Assembly: GCA_002104905.1 (NCBI GenBank)
Contig: MCFE01000065.1
Location: forward strand, 124,001 to 188,000
Direction: 5' to 3'
Length of the DNA: 64,000 nucleotides
Source of the DNA: Basidiobolus meristosporus CBS 931.73
Lineage: Eukaryota > Fungi > Basidiobolomycota
The notes under the pieces are model-generated. The model was not told where the DNA came from. It ran no database searches and saw nothing but the letters and a program-made list of their open reading frames with translations. This document shows, one piece after another, positions 27,444 through 40,533 of the stretch; position 1 is the stretch's first letter, and each line of letters opens with the position of its first letter. The translations under genes and the position numbers were made by a program.

Positions 27444-27646
27444 GTGTGAGAGTTTTGGAGAAGTTGGAAGTGATTAGGAGTACTGGTAGATTATGTAGTG
27501 TTCACTTGATTAAATGAATGTATAACTAAATAAATGTATTTATACTTTTCCAAGGTCGAAGAGAGTTCTTGGGGAAAAAATCATGTAACCTATGCTCAGA
27601 AAGGTCCCAAAAGCATGTGTGCCAAGTTTGTGGTATCTTGGACAGG
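27444..27646 (-). repeat. Right arm of a diverged inverted repeat
   Basis: Same conserved blocks as 26621-26807 on the opposite strand, with indels. Confidence 0.75.
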
Positions 27647-28019
27647 TTTGAAGTTTTCCAGTGGCAACGAAGAATCTGAAATGATAGAGTTCATAAACTA
27701 AACTGGATTCAAGTGTCTTAACAAATGTAAATAAGAAATCTATGACGCCTCTGAGCCTGCACTGAAATGGCCAACACACAAATAAAAAATTCAACCAAGA
27801 TTCCCTACGAGGGTACTCAATAAATGAAGCACAAGCAAATCCCAGGACTGGGAAGTGAACGGAAATCTCAAGTGACCATTGAAGCGAACCACAAAGGCCA
27901 CCCCCATTGAGAATGTACATTTTATTAGCATATGGACTTCCCTAAAGGATGATATTCCTGTCGTTCACACTGAAGGCACCTCTCAGTCTTCAGTTTTGTC
28001 TGCTTCTGTTTCGGCGCCA

Positions 28020-29030
28020 TTCACCAAATAATATTGACATATTCTTCAAAATCCTCGGCTTTCAGGACAAGGGGATGTATAAGCACTAGTACACCAGGGT
28101 CAACAATGGGCCAGTCGCACTCCAAGTTACGATGAGAAATCGTTCCATCCCGGGTCACCACCGTCATCATAACATGGGACCTACCAAGGATCAGGGGAAT
28201 CCCCATAGCCATAGTAAACATGTATTTCGCCTGAATCAGTTTACATCTACCTCCCCATCAAATTCGCTCGATCCAATTCTGAGTTTGACGGGACTTCTGG
28301 ATTGTTTTCTCATCTCATTGAACGTTACACGCATTCCGCATTGTTGTCCGCAATGAACTCCGGTTGGCGATGCACGATGCCCGCTAATAATATCCATGGG
28401 ATTTTCGAGGTCGAGCGAATGGATAGACGTCATGTATGCACGGAGCACATCTATGTATAGTTGGGTCGATAAATATAGCCTGTCCAGCTTGGTATATTGT
28501 ACCACTTTCCCGATTGTGAGAGTACTGCATGCCTTTCCCTCGAAGTCCTGATAAGCAGCTCGGCGAAAAGCCCGGCAAGAAGAGATGGTTTCCAATGTCT
28601 TTCTGAAAGGGGTATGGGTACCTTGACAGCGCTACAGGGTATCGATCCATGTATGATTGTCTCAGCTTTAAGTTTCCTTTTGGGCTCGATAGAGTGGAGA
28701 GAGCACGATCAGAGCCGAAGTCAATCCTAGATGTTCAAATAAACTATTGAGGATCAGGAGCCTACTGAAATCGAGTCCCACCCCTTGCAAAGGCATAGAC
28801 AATCATATGGTGCTTGAGCGGGCTGTTTATTGAAAACGCCCCAAAAAGGCCTAAAGGTAGCCATTTTCTGGCCTGGTACTAACGCATGTTGGCCCGTTTC
28901 GAGGCGGAACAACGGGTTCACTCGTCGGGGGGTCTTTGCTTGTGCAAAACAATCTCCCGAGCTGCGAGGTACGTCGGGGGTTGCTTCATGGTCAATACGA
29001 ATACCAGGAATGACCGCCAAGAACCCGCCG
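28020..29030 (-). mobile_element. Probable degenerate Ty3/Gypsy gag-protease relic
   Basis: Stop- and frameshift-broken minus-strand frames give SWRSFLVF..AAREIVLHKQRPPDE..VYAFARG (retrotransposon-gag-like) and then VKLRIG..IPLILGRS (resembles the PLILGRPFL protease flap). No RT or LTR seen. Confidence 0.3.
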
Positions 29031-30743
29031 GTGAAACCCTGGCCGCACATCTGCTGGCGGCCCGGATCTCCCAACGGAATTAACCAGACCACCGCACCCG
29101 CATTACCGAACCGGGTGAAAGTGACAGGGACATGGACTCTCGGTCAGGTTAGGCGGTGATACGAATCCCATTTTTGAGCCGGCCGTCTTCCCCAGGCTTG
29201 GACTGTAAACACTTTGAATGGGCCTGGCTAGTCAGCTGGCTGGCTGTAAGAGAGGCCAATCAAGAGACAAGGATCTATTTATATCTCGGTCGATGGGCAG
29301 CATGGTTGGCTAGATTTCACCATTGTTTCCTCCAAGATAATGGACCGGCGATGACGGCGTTGGGTATATTGGCTTCTCATAGGTAATAGATGCCGAGCAC
29401 ACCATCCACGACATGAGGGTGGGCCAAAGTGTTATCAGGCGGACTCACCCGTGGGTCAGGTGACCACTTGTGGTGCTCGGGTTACAAGCAAGCGGTATTT
29501 GTTAACAGATTAGGCGTCGCCCATCTACTGGCCACTTCGAATGGATTAGGCAACCTCATCTAAAGATGGGATTCATCCAAGATGGGCTCGCGGGAGGGAT
29601 GGGATGAGGAAATCTTGAGGTCATCTTTTGTTTATGTAATAGTAATGCAGTAACCACACCCACCCAGAAGATCCCGGTGTAACATGGTGATCCAACCCTC
29701 GACTGTTTCGGGCGAGGGAAGTATCTCTCGTTACCTCCGCTTCATCCACGCTAATTGGTAGGCTACGGGTCGACTGCTGTCGATCCAGTGGCGTTGTTTC
29801 TTAGAAAAGAGTCAAGTGCAGAAGCTTGGAGGACGATTGGCTGTTGAGCAATAGTGCCGGTAGGAGATGGCCTGATTAGTAAGGAGCACATGCTGACGAA
29901 GCATGGCCACTATGACATTTCCCAGGATGGCCGGGAGGCTCGAGCATAGAGACCCTTTACTTGGCAACGGTCACCCCAAACACTCCCCCGGGTCGGGAAA
30001 GCCATCTCCTTAGGACTAAGGCCTCGAGAAGATCTCCCGTGAACCGTAGCCAGGTGCAATGGGTAAATACGCTAGCCTGACGCACCGAAGGTACAGCCAA
30101 GTGTATCGGGAAAATTCCGGAATCGGGTGGGCGGGTTGGTATGATATGTCCAACATGCTCACCAGAGTGAGCTCGTGCTCATGCCCGGGTTAGAAAAGCC
30201 AATGGAGTCCGGTGGATCATAGGATCGATAGAGAGCCCCACTGCTGGAGCCTTGTCCGCAATCAGCCTACAGTGATGCTTCACGGAACGTTCACCCCGGA
30301 TTGGTTATGTCCTGGCTGGGTGAGTGGTGTAAAAGTCGTCAGATGGATGGGTGTGATTCAAAATCCGTATGCGACACGAGCGTGCAGAAAATTAGATTGA
30401 CTGCGATATCGCGACAGAATTTTTCCATCTGATGATCCGTTGGTCGAGGGGGAGCTCATTGGACTTGGATGACTGATGTTAGTCTAAGTGGAATGACATT
30501 TTATTCAAACCATATTGTGGATGAACAACCAAGTGCCCGCAATGGGAAGTAATGTTCATTAGGAACAAGGAAAAGTACAGCAATAGACGACAAGTATATT
30601 TAGGGTGTCGGTCGCGAAGTATGATAAACGAAGGTATGGGCTGCTTGTATGAATATATATATAAATACACGTAAGTCTTGGTGAAGGTCAGTGAGGAGAG
30701 GGCATATCAAACGAGTTTACAATGGTGGTGTGGCTGAAGATAT

Positions 30744-31310
30744 TTACGCAGTGTAGGGAGGCAATCTCTCTAGCTGCAACACGTCATGGTAGCATGGTGG
30801 TTGCTGATCAATGGACTCCGTGAGCATGTCTGGGGTGTCGACCTCGATGTGGTGTAACCGACTGGCAGCCATCATGGATCCCTGAAGCATGCTGGCATAC
30901 GACAAGAAGTCCCTGGCATCCTCACGTTTGGAAAAGCGGAAGCTGACGGAGACAGGTGTGTTGTGCACGTGGACGGTACCTTTGACCATCTTGTGACTGA
31001 AGGCGTCGCCGCCCTTTAAAGAAAGCGTCCCCAGAGGGAAGAGAACCGTTTCAATTCCTTGGATTCGGTAGTCGGCCAGGTATGTGATGCGTCTGTCGGT
31101 GACGGTTAACGAGCCCGACGAGCAGGACCAGTTGGAAGAATCCAACCGGGAGGTGGGCGAAGAGCTAAGGCTGTGTCTTAGGACATCCGGAAGGCCCTTG
31201 AGTTGAAGCTTCACGCCTCTTCTGCGAAAATAATGTCCCTCGTTAGGGATGGGCACTAGGCTCTTATCGCACCTTTCGGAGATACGGTAATTAATGGTGT
31301 TGACTTCCAT
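30744..31310 (-). CDS. WBP2-like PH/GRAM-domain protein with PY motifs
   Basis: P.PNEGHYFRRRGVKLQL..GSLTVTDRRITY pattern and C-terminal PPCY and LPPY. Likely ATG at 31310. Confidence 0.6.
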   Translation of the reverse strand: MEVNTINYRISERCDKSLVPIPNEGHYFRRRGVKLQLKGLPDVLRHSLSSSPTSRLDSSNWSCSSGSLTVTDRRITYLADYRIQGIETVLFPLGTLSLKGGDAFSHKMVKGTVHVHNTPVSVSFRFSKREDARDFLSYASMLQGSMMAASRLHHIEVDTPDMLTESIDQQPPCYHDVLQLERLPPYTA

Positions 31311-31749
31311 AGGGTAGCGAGGGAGAGATGGGTAGCGGGTTTGTGATGGAGTCTGTCTACAGGAGCGAGGGAAAGCAATCGAGGTGCTTTGGAAATAGAA
31401 GGCAAACAAGAGCAGTGGATCGAATACAGGTCCAGAAGGGCTGGTTTTATGTGTGGCGGAGGAGGGGAGGGGATCAGGAACTAGAGGTAATTGTACCCGA
31501 TCGGAATCAGACAAAACCGGGAGATTGAGTGTGACTAGGATCTGATTCAATTATATTGGGACTTTCCTTTCCAAACCCAACCTCCGTACGGATTTCATGG
31601 GGATTACGGATCAACGTTGCCCATATTCCTCTATCCGCTATGGAAAATCCGCATACATATCGCAGACGTCATTTATCAGAGCCGAGCCTATTGCGCATGA
31701 TTTCCTGAGCTACACTAACCTCGATGGCCATTGGGGCTGTCGTCCAGTC

Positions 31750-31768
31750 ATGATGATGATGATGATGA
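31750..31768 (+). repeat. (ATG)6 microsatellite
   Basis: atgatgatgatgatgatga read directly. Confidence 0.85.
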
Positions 31769-34700
31769 CAACAATCTGATCATTTTTCGAATCCCATCCG
31801 CATGCCAGCAAGCAGAATAGGAGGTTTTCAAGCGAGTGCAATTGATAGGAGCCATCGCCAACGCTCCATTAGTCATGGTTGGGATTCAAGGATTTCTAAT
31901 TCTTGCCAAATGGGGAACATCGATTCCAACCGAAGAAGACTGCCGCTTCATAATACGAGTTTGGCAGTGCCCAAGTAAATCGAATCTCACAAATTGGCGT
32001 TAGATTGAAAAATCTGCGATGGGCCGCCGACAGCCCGCCTGGTAGATGATTAGATCATGAACGCTCCATATCATCTGCATTAGTAAGAATTACATTTCAT
32101 GGGCGTCTTGGTGAAAATCAGGAGCTTAGGGATGGGTATGCAAAACATATAACTGCAGCCTGCGGATGCCTTGCTCATACCTAGCTGGTTGTGGAATTTG
32201 CTACATGCACCTCGGCAGCACAATCCTTGGCATAGGGTATGTCGGTGCCCATCTTAGCCTAATGCGTAACCCGGACTCTGTCCTGGCAACATTCTTAATT
32301 GATGGGAGCAGGTTTGCTGAACTAGCAACCATCCTGGGCTAAGCCTGGATGATATTAAATGCCCTAGTGCTCTGTTCTACGCTGCCAAGCGGTGTAACCA
32401 TCATTTTGAGATGAATTTCGAATGCCGCAACCCGTTTCTCCCCAAAAGAGACACCTGTCTTGAAACCACTACATGCACCTGTTAATTTGAATTAAGCTTT
32501 GAATTGACCAGATCCCACTCGACTGTGCCATTTAATTGTTGAAAGGAGATGCGATATTGAACTAGTCCAGACTGTTTCACAACCAGAGCTTTGAAGAGCG
32601 TCACATGCGAGACGGTTAGAGTTCAATGATCAATGGCACTGCACAATCAACCCTTTCACCACTGGATGCAACCCAGCTTATAAGGATTGCAGCAATGGCG
32701 GTTGGGATGCAAGGAGTATTCCAGGATCATCAGAGCCCAGTCAGAATCGCTCGCACCCAGTGGGATAAATGAAATAGCCTCCAACACGATAGGGGCTCAA
32801 TTTCGGGCTGCCCACTGGTTGCGATCTCAAACAATTGATACAAAGTTTCATCCGAGTAATCCTACATGAGGCTTCCTAGACTTTGGCTTAACCTTACTGC
32901 TAGATCGACAAGGGGATTGGCTGCCTCTTGGAAACAGTAAGCTGGGAAGTGCTAGCTTTAATTCCCTTAACCTTAACGCTGACAAGCCTAAATGGTTGGC
33001 CCCTTGAGCATCTAATTGCTTTGGATGGCCATGTCCTGCCTCTGCAATGCATGCATCGAATACAAGAATCCCCTCATGTACACTCATCTTGAGATAAGGT
33101 TTAGGCAAGGCAACGCAGACCAAGTTCCACCCGTTTTGCTTGCATGACAACTGGACCTCGACTTCAGCTGGCTCCGATCTCCATGGTCCCCGCCCCACCA
33201 CGATGCCGTACGCTGACTAGGAAAAGGCAGGCGGATGTTTACATTGGCACCTTGCATTGCTTTAGCAATCCCACCAATACCATCTGTGTGACATGAAGAA
33301 ATGTTTTTAAACAGGTCCACATCCCGAGATTACAGCAATCTGCATGTTTGAATATTCGGCAGAAGTAAATATAGCATTGGTTGGTGTGCTGCTTCACAAA
33401 CCATGATTCATTACACCCTCCAAGCAGTGACCCAAATGGAATGTAGCACGATGTGGCCGGAATTTAGTCATCTACAGGTTTTAGTTGAATTAGCTATATT
33501 GTCGACGGGTCGCGATGTTTCAATATACTCTTTTGGTACGATGTTTCATTGCATTTCTTCAGTGCCATCCCCCATAGGTTGTTGAACAATCTGATCTCAC
33601 AAATCCATATTGCTACCTTGAATAGCTGATGAAACAGATAATAACGTAAGTAGCCAGGTCTTGATATAATGATTCATCAGGATTGACTGAAAAATACTGT
33701 AAAATAACACGGGTAAATGAGGGAATTATCCAAGCCCAATTAGCAAACTCCCAACATGCTGGACTGTTATGACTTGAACCACAGTATAGTCCGGACAGTG
33801 TTTAATTAAGTTACTGAGGAAAAGCTAATGGAAGTGGAAGTATCAAGCACACTGCCTGCGTTACATTCTCATGAGCTGCTTTAGCTGGAAGTGGGCGAGC
33901 TTAGGTAGGTTAGATGTTATAGAGCTGAGCTGGGTAAGTAAGTTCTGGAGGGGGTAGCAGCGGTGGTAATGGTAGAATTGGTATCCCTGCGCCCTGGTGC
34001 CTTCTCAGCAAGCTCCCTCTGCGGCCTTGTTTGGTGCCAAAGATTGATACGCAAGGATCACCCAGGATATATAATACGCACACTCAAGCTCACCATGTCC
34101 GTGTCTTCCACAGAAGATTGGCCAAAACTAACGATATGATGGCTATCGGTTTAGGAATAGAATATTCCAAATGGTTTAGATATCAAGGGCAGATCGGACT
34201 GTTGTCGAATACTTCAATACAGAGTAGATCATTTGTGTCTTACTTGATCCAGAATATTCTTTGAGGGATCTTCTGCCATATAGATGAGGTTAAACGTTTC
34301 GGTTCATATGTCAATTCGATCCGCGGTTTATTTTGATTCAACAATTCTTGCAGGGGACTGAGGATAGCAAATATATAGTAGGAACGTTTACCAAAACGAA
34401 GAATTATGTACATCAAAATGGTGCCGAGCGCTGGATAAAAATCAATGGATTCAGTTGTGTGTCATAAAGATTCTTGTCTCCCCCTACAAGACGAGCGAGC
34501 ATGGAACGAAAATAAGTGGTTCGATTAGTGCAAATACTGCTGCCATGATCATGGTTGAGGTTCAAATAAGTAGGTTTCATAGAATGCACCCAATATACGA
34601 TTCTATAGAGGTAATGGTTCGGGTCCATCTTCTATTTCCTTCCCCCAAAAAAAGGGCTCATGTTTTCTGAAGTTGATGAGAATCAGGAGTGACCGTGGTG

Positions 34701-34792
34701 CTGATTGGTTGAAACCAGGGTCAATTAAGTGCTAGATTCAAAGAATGAGTAAAAAGCCAATGTATCATTGAAATACACCAACATACACTCGT

Positions 34793-37495
34793 TCAAGTAT
34801 GATTGTTTTGATTTTCGGATTCACTAAGGGGCTGATTGGGCTTCGTTGAAGAAAGACTGTCACACTTTGATGGTGCGCCATCTGTTATATGCTCTTCTTG
34901 TAATGTCGTATCTGCGATGCGGTCTGCAGACAAGCCAGTCCCACTGTCGGCCAACTTAGTAGCGAGCTGGGTGGGACTCTCGTGAATCTCATCGGGCCTC
35001 GCTTGATGCGCCATAGTTTCCTTGTTCATGGGAGATTCGGCCGCTGGCTCATTGCGAACTTCAGATTTCTCATGAGTATCTGACAACGATTGTTCATTTA
35101 TAGCGGAACTGCTGTGGTCGCTTGATATATTGGGGGGAAGCATCGGACGATCTAGGGTACTACCATTTTGTATAGGTGAAATGGGATTGTCAAGGGTGGC
35201 ATTGCTGGGCTCGCCCATTGTAGCAGATTCAGTTGCAGCCATCTCGAATAAACCATGGATACTGGGGAGAATTACGGAAGCAGAATCGCTACCAGCCAAA
35301 CCCATGTTGGGGTGGGCGGCGGGTGGAGAGGTATTAGAAGGGCCGTAGCTTGGAATACGAGTATTCGGCAGCTGCGAGGCTGGCGGCAAGAAAATCTGCG
35401 AGTTGTCGGGAGTATGAACAATATTTGGGTTGGGATTGTGAAGCTGTTGCTCGTATCCACGGACCGGACTGACTTCAGCCGATTTAGGAGTCGGTGGATG
35501 AGAAAAGCTCACAAAATCACGGTGTGGCTGCTGGGTTGGAGTTATGTCAGATTGCGAATGGGGTGAAGAGTTGGGTTTTCCCGTAAACTGAGGTTGGCTC
35601 AATGAACGTGCATAACCGTTGGCGGGGGATCCCAAGGGCCAATAATGGATTGTCCGGTTGGGTTCGTACTTGGAATGTCCCGATTTACGCTGTCTTTTTG
35701 GTTTGGGCGTCCCCACGTCTGATTTCCGCTTGAAATTGGTGTCATATTCCTCATTGGGAACATCTTTCGCTCGCGTGCCTGCATTTATCCACGCACCTAT
35801 GTTGAAAGAGCCAGCTTGAGAGTCGCTCTCGAACTTCTCTGTTAAGGTTTGGTCTATTAGCTGGTGAAGACGGGCGTTAGTGTGAAAAAATATTCTGCCT
35901 CGATTGGTGTCAGACATACCTTTTCTAGAGCGGCAAGCTTTCTTTCCCGAATACCCGTGGTGGTGTTCTTGTAGTTTAGCTCTATCTGGTGTTGGAGATG
36001 GGATATCTTATGGGTTAAAAGTGACTTTAAATGATGTTTTTTCAGTGCCAACGAATGAAACTCCTGTTCGACGGTCTTCTTTAACTTTAAACCAGAAGCT
36101 CGTGAGTGATACTGGAGAACGTGCGTAGTAGGCCATAAAAGCAAACCTGGATAGCACTGGTTTTCCAAAAACGCATCAAAAAGCTATCGTACTCAGAGTC
36201 GGTAAACAGCTTTCTCCCAGCCATCGCACCACAGTCTAGGCGCTGAGCTTCAAACAGCACATGCGACTCCACAAGAATGGCCTGCATCATATACATGTAC
36301 GTGTCAATTGTAAGAACGCCTGGAATTTTAAACGACATCTGTTTCCAAACCTTTAATGTCCCGGCGATTTGGCGTATCGACTCGGGGCTTGTGTAAGGCT
36401 GTTGGTTGACTCCAAAAATCACAGGCACTGCGCTGTATAAGGTTGCGTCACTCATAATATGATCAGCGTCGGGCTCTGGATGTAAAGACGTGGGTGTAGC
36501 GTCAAGCCTGAAAAGACTTAGTTCATATGGTATCTCCGAATTGACTGCGTCTATTGGCTTTGGAAATTTGGAGCCAGAAATCAAGACACCCACCCCGTGT
36601 GGAACCTACACCAAACGATACTTTAGTAAACCACACGCCAGCACGATACTCTTGGCTGTTTAACTACCGCTATTTGTAAACGATGTTGGTGGAGGATATC
36701 GGATTGCGTTGGCTTCAGGCTCTTGTGGGATCCATCACTGAAATACCAATGAGTTGGGCATTTTGAGAGGATGGAAGAGAGGAATCTATTGCTACGAAAA
36801 TAAAAATACCTTCGATACCACCCCAGGAGTTCAACACCCATACTTGCAAAAGCCTCTACGGCAAGTTTCAAGGCAATCGTAGACTCTTCGCCTTTTCCAG
36901 CTAGCATAGACTCTACGGAACTAAGGCAGACCCATTAGCTATAAATACAAAACACCTACAACTGGGGAATTTACCGTATTGAGGGAATAAAATGGCTGAT
37001 GTGGCAGATCACCTCACCAGAGTGGCGTGAGGTTGAAACGCGTTTTCCGCCAAGATAACCATAGTTGTTGAATTTATCGTCAGTGTATGCATGATCTAAC
37101 AACGCGACAACTACTGACTGGTCCAGCACAACTCGGGAGTTGCTAAATTGAAGGGCTATTCAGTACTTTGGTTGATCGGGGGTGATGAAAGATTCGTAGA
37201 AATTATGAAAAACAAACACCAACATTTTCGGTCTCTCTGGATCAGATCTAGGGCCCATCGAGAGATTTTCTGAATTCAAAGATGACATAGAACTTGTAGG
37301 GTGAAGGGAGATATTCTGATCGTGGCTTTGGCCTTCAATAGTCGAGGGGTACTGTGAGTCATTGGACTCGTCAGGCGCCGCCTGCTTCATTTGTGAGCCA
37401 ACCACATCGTATGAGAGCGTTTCTGGTGAAGACTGGCAGGATAGATTAGGTGAATCATCCTCGATCGCTCTCTCCTGGTTACAAATCTCTGTCAT
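34793..37495 (-). CDS. Hypothetical multi-exon protein with long Ser/Pro-rich C-terminus
   Basis: Collinear minus-strand ORFs (111, 94, 168, 103 and 374 aa) separated by short GT..AG segments. Basic KRK/PKPKRQRK patch suggests an NLS. Exact exon boundaries not resolved. Confidence 0.55.
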
Positions 37496-38423
37496 GTAAG
37501 ATTGTTCACAAATACGATTGAGTCTTCAAGAGTCAGATGCAATATTTTATGTAAGTAGGTCGCGATATTAGAGCTATAGGTTAAAGAGAGAAAATAGAAT
37601 ATGTTTTACTGAGTCGTTGTGATAATATATTATATGCTGGATCACAATTGGATTTATTAATTCTAGACAGATTCCATCCCTTCAAATAGTGTACAGATCA
37701 TTACCTAAATTTGATGAGCTCCCAAACATCTTCACACAACATTGACTTCGTCTGTGGCAATTCGCTTTCCTCACAAGAACAAAGTTGCAAGACGATTGGG
37801 ACAGCTACTGAGGTAGAATGATATAAAATGGTTGGTGGGCTCCCCCTCAGGAGAAATTGGCTGCTTTCGATATTTTTCCATGGTAAAGGATACGATGATT
37901 GAAGTGAAATTGCAAGCGATATCTCTGAAACCCATTTTTTCGGCTCAAGTCGGGATCATATCACATGGTCTTGGTTATATCATCAACACTACCTTCGATC
38001 GGCTGGAGGACACAATACCGTGGATGTAGTCAGAATCGACCGCGAAAAGCAAGGTGCTTTGTTCTGGTCAGGCTGAAAGGCCATGACCCCCAACTGAACC
38101 AATTCAAAACATCAGCTTGATGCGAGCACAAACTCTAGATCAACGCTGTCTTGGGCCAGACATCTGCGCGTAGCTTTGTCTCCAGAATACGGCTGCACAC
38201 AAACGCTGATATATATAGCCCTAGAAGTCTGCACATAGCTAATCCATGAACCAGAGCTTCAATTCATAACCCACCAGATATCACATGACCACCGTTCGTT
38301 TGGCTCCCACTTCGACGCCGTGTCGGATATGCTTGGTCAAACGAGACGTTCTTCGTTGTCCATAGTGTTTAAGAAAATGCATTTATTTTTGGGGGAAAAA
38401 TAACCGTTCATTCTCCTAGTGTT

Positions 38424-38914
38424 TTAATTACTCTTCTTGAGAACAGCAAGTTGCTTGCCAACAATGTTACGGCGTTGCTTTCTCAACTTCATAAGCTTGA
38501 AACGGTCGAAGTCGGTCAAAGCGGCACGCTTTTCACGGGCATCAAGTTTCTTGGCCCAGGTGGTCTTCTCCCAGAGAGCAACGATCTCCTGCTTCTCAAG
38601 AGCCTTCTTAACAGCACCGGAACCGGCGCCACGGGGAAGACCCTTAACAACCAAAGGAGTAAGAGTGAGACGGCGGTAGGCGTGAGCGTGACGGGCAACT
38701 CCAGTGGTGGGACCATCAACAATAGCACGGTTGTGGTCAAGGATTTCGACGATTACGGCAAGCTTGCCGGCATCAACACCGGAGTTGAGTAAGACAACTC
38801 TGCCGACCTCGACAATACGTTTGAAGGAATCTTGCTAAATAAAGATGTAGACGTTAGTTTAATCAGGATACTGATGGATGCGTACGACACGAAAATGAGA
38901 TTACATACAGTCAT
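38424..38914 (-). CDS. RPL14: 60S ribosomal protein L14 (eL14), 2 exons
   Basis: [48 protein letters not shown]. Intron 38835-38908 after the second codon. Confidence 0.97.
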
Positions 38915-39194
38915 GATTAATATGCACTCTCAAACGACTTTAGGAAAGACCGAGTGGATGGGCTGAAAGAAAGAGGACGCTAACCACAACATGCTTCAAT
39001 TTTTGTCTCCACACTGAATGCCCGCTTGGCTCAACATACAAAATTCCACGTTGATTGGCTGGATCGTCAGCTCCGAGTAAATACACCGATCAACAAAATG
39101 AAATAGACGTTTTTTTTCTGGCGTATCGCGCGTGTTGTTTACAACACCAGCTTTGGGCCTAAGCCAGGCCAATGAACATGCACTTACCAGCCTC

Positions 39195-39318
39195 AGGGTT
39201 AGGGCTCGCCCATATGCCGCGCTGATCATTGAACCTGGGATTTCAACCTATCAAACTTGACTGCCATTGAAATCGCCACATCCGTAAATACAGATGATGG
39301 CGCTTAGGGTTAGGGTTT
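39195..39318. promoter_or_regulatory. Telo-box/Tbf1-type sites upstream of RPL14
   Basis: AGGGTTAGGG at 39195-39204 and TTAGGGTTAGGGTTT at 39304-39318, about 280-400 bp upstream of the RPL14 ATG. Confidence 0.6.
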
Positions 39319-40533
39319 GCCAGGTCGGCAAGACTAGTAGTGAGTGCTGTAAAGACCTGACGGACAGTGTCAAGTAACATCAGTATCACCGTAATTAAAG
39401 CAGAAAATAATTACATGTTCGGATTACTCTACAGGTGTTCTATTTAATCTTGTCAGCCAAGTATTACTAAGGGTTAATCGAAAATGCTCAGTAGAAGCAT
39501 GCATACAAAATAGGGGAGCTCCATTGCCGTTGACCGGTTCATGGACTCAGGAATCCACAATCCGTACTAGCTTAGCAATGCTAAGGCCGCTTGATTGAAC
39601 TGAATGTCAATACATGGGGGCCGCGGATTGTTTCTATGCGGGGATTACCAGTATGCATCCTCCCTATCGCCAACCAAGCCTACACTTGTGTCGTATGATG
39701 ACAATTATGAAGTCGATTTCTCGCTGGATTTGCATCGTTTCCCAAGTGTAGTGGGTATACAGGATCTAAGGAACATCAATAAGTAGCTCATTAATTAGGT
39801 GCAAAGATTGCATAATTTATTTTGTACCTCGTTTGTGCATTAGAATGAGATGGGATTCCTTTTGTATGACCTGAGCTCAGCCATCCTTCAAATGTACGTC
39901 AGGGATCGAGAATGGGAACAAAGGTGCCGGCAGCAGCCCGGTATTCTTTAGACGTAAGCCTAGGAGATCTCAACCTTCTAAGAAAGACATTACTAAAGTG
40001 GAATCATATGATACGCGAATACCCATTTTTCTAGGGAAATCGTGTGACAAATAGGTTTTGGTATCGAGAAGAATTGAACAACTCAATTTGTTTCCGCACT
40101 GAGCGCCTTGGAATATTGATCTCTATTAAGGTGGTACCAGCTGTTCATTAATTATGCACCTGAACCAAATGGAGTAATCTCTTATATTGCTCAGGTCCAA
40201 TGATTTGCTAGCAGTATCTGAGAACTACCAAAATAAGCTTGATTTTAAAATAGGTACGTACCCTAAGGAATATGCATATCCTTCAGACCTCTCTCATTGG
40301 CTCAGCTCCTATCACCCTCCCAAGATCTCCTTTTGCTATTGCTTATCATGAACAAACCGCTCGACTCTTGATGCATTTTTTCTCTATTACCTGAACCTAT
40401 TCCCTTTCTTCTTTCCGTGAAGCGTTTAGTACGTATACTTAAAGCCTTCGAATATTTAATTTCCTTCCTTTGGTGCTCATAAGCAGCCAACTGGTCCCAT
40501 AGATATCTTGTATCGATCACTTGCAATTTTCCA

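Noticed and set aside
30429-30475. CTGATGA followed by a short stem, as in a hammerhead ribozyme
   Set aside because: The required GAAA core and stems I and III are missing.
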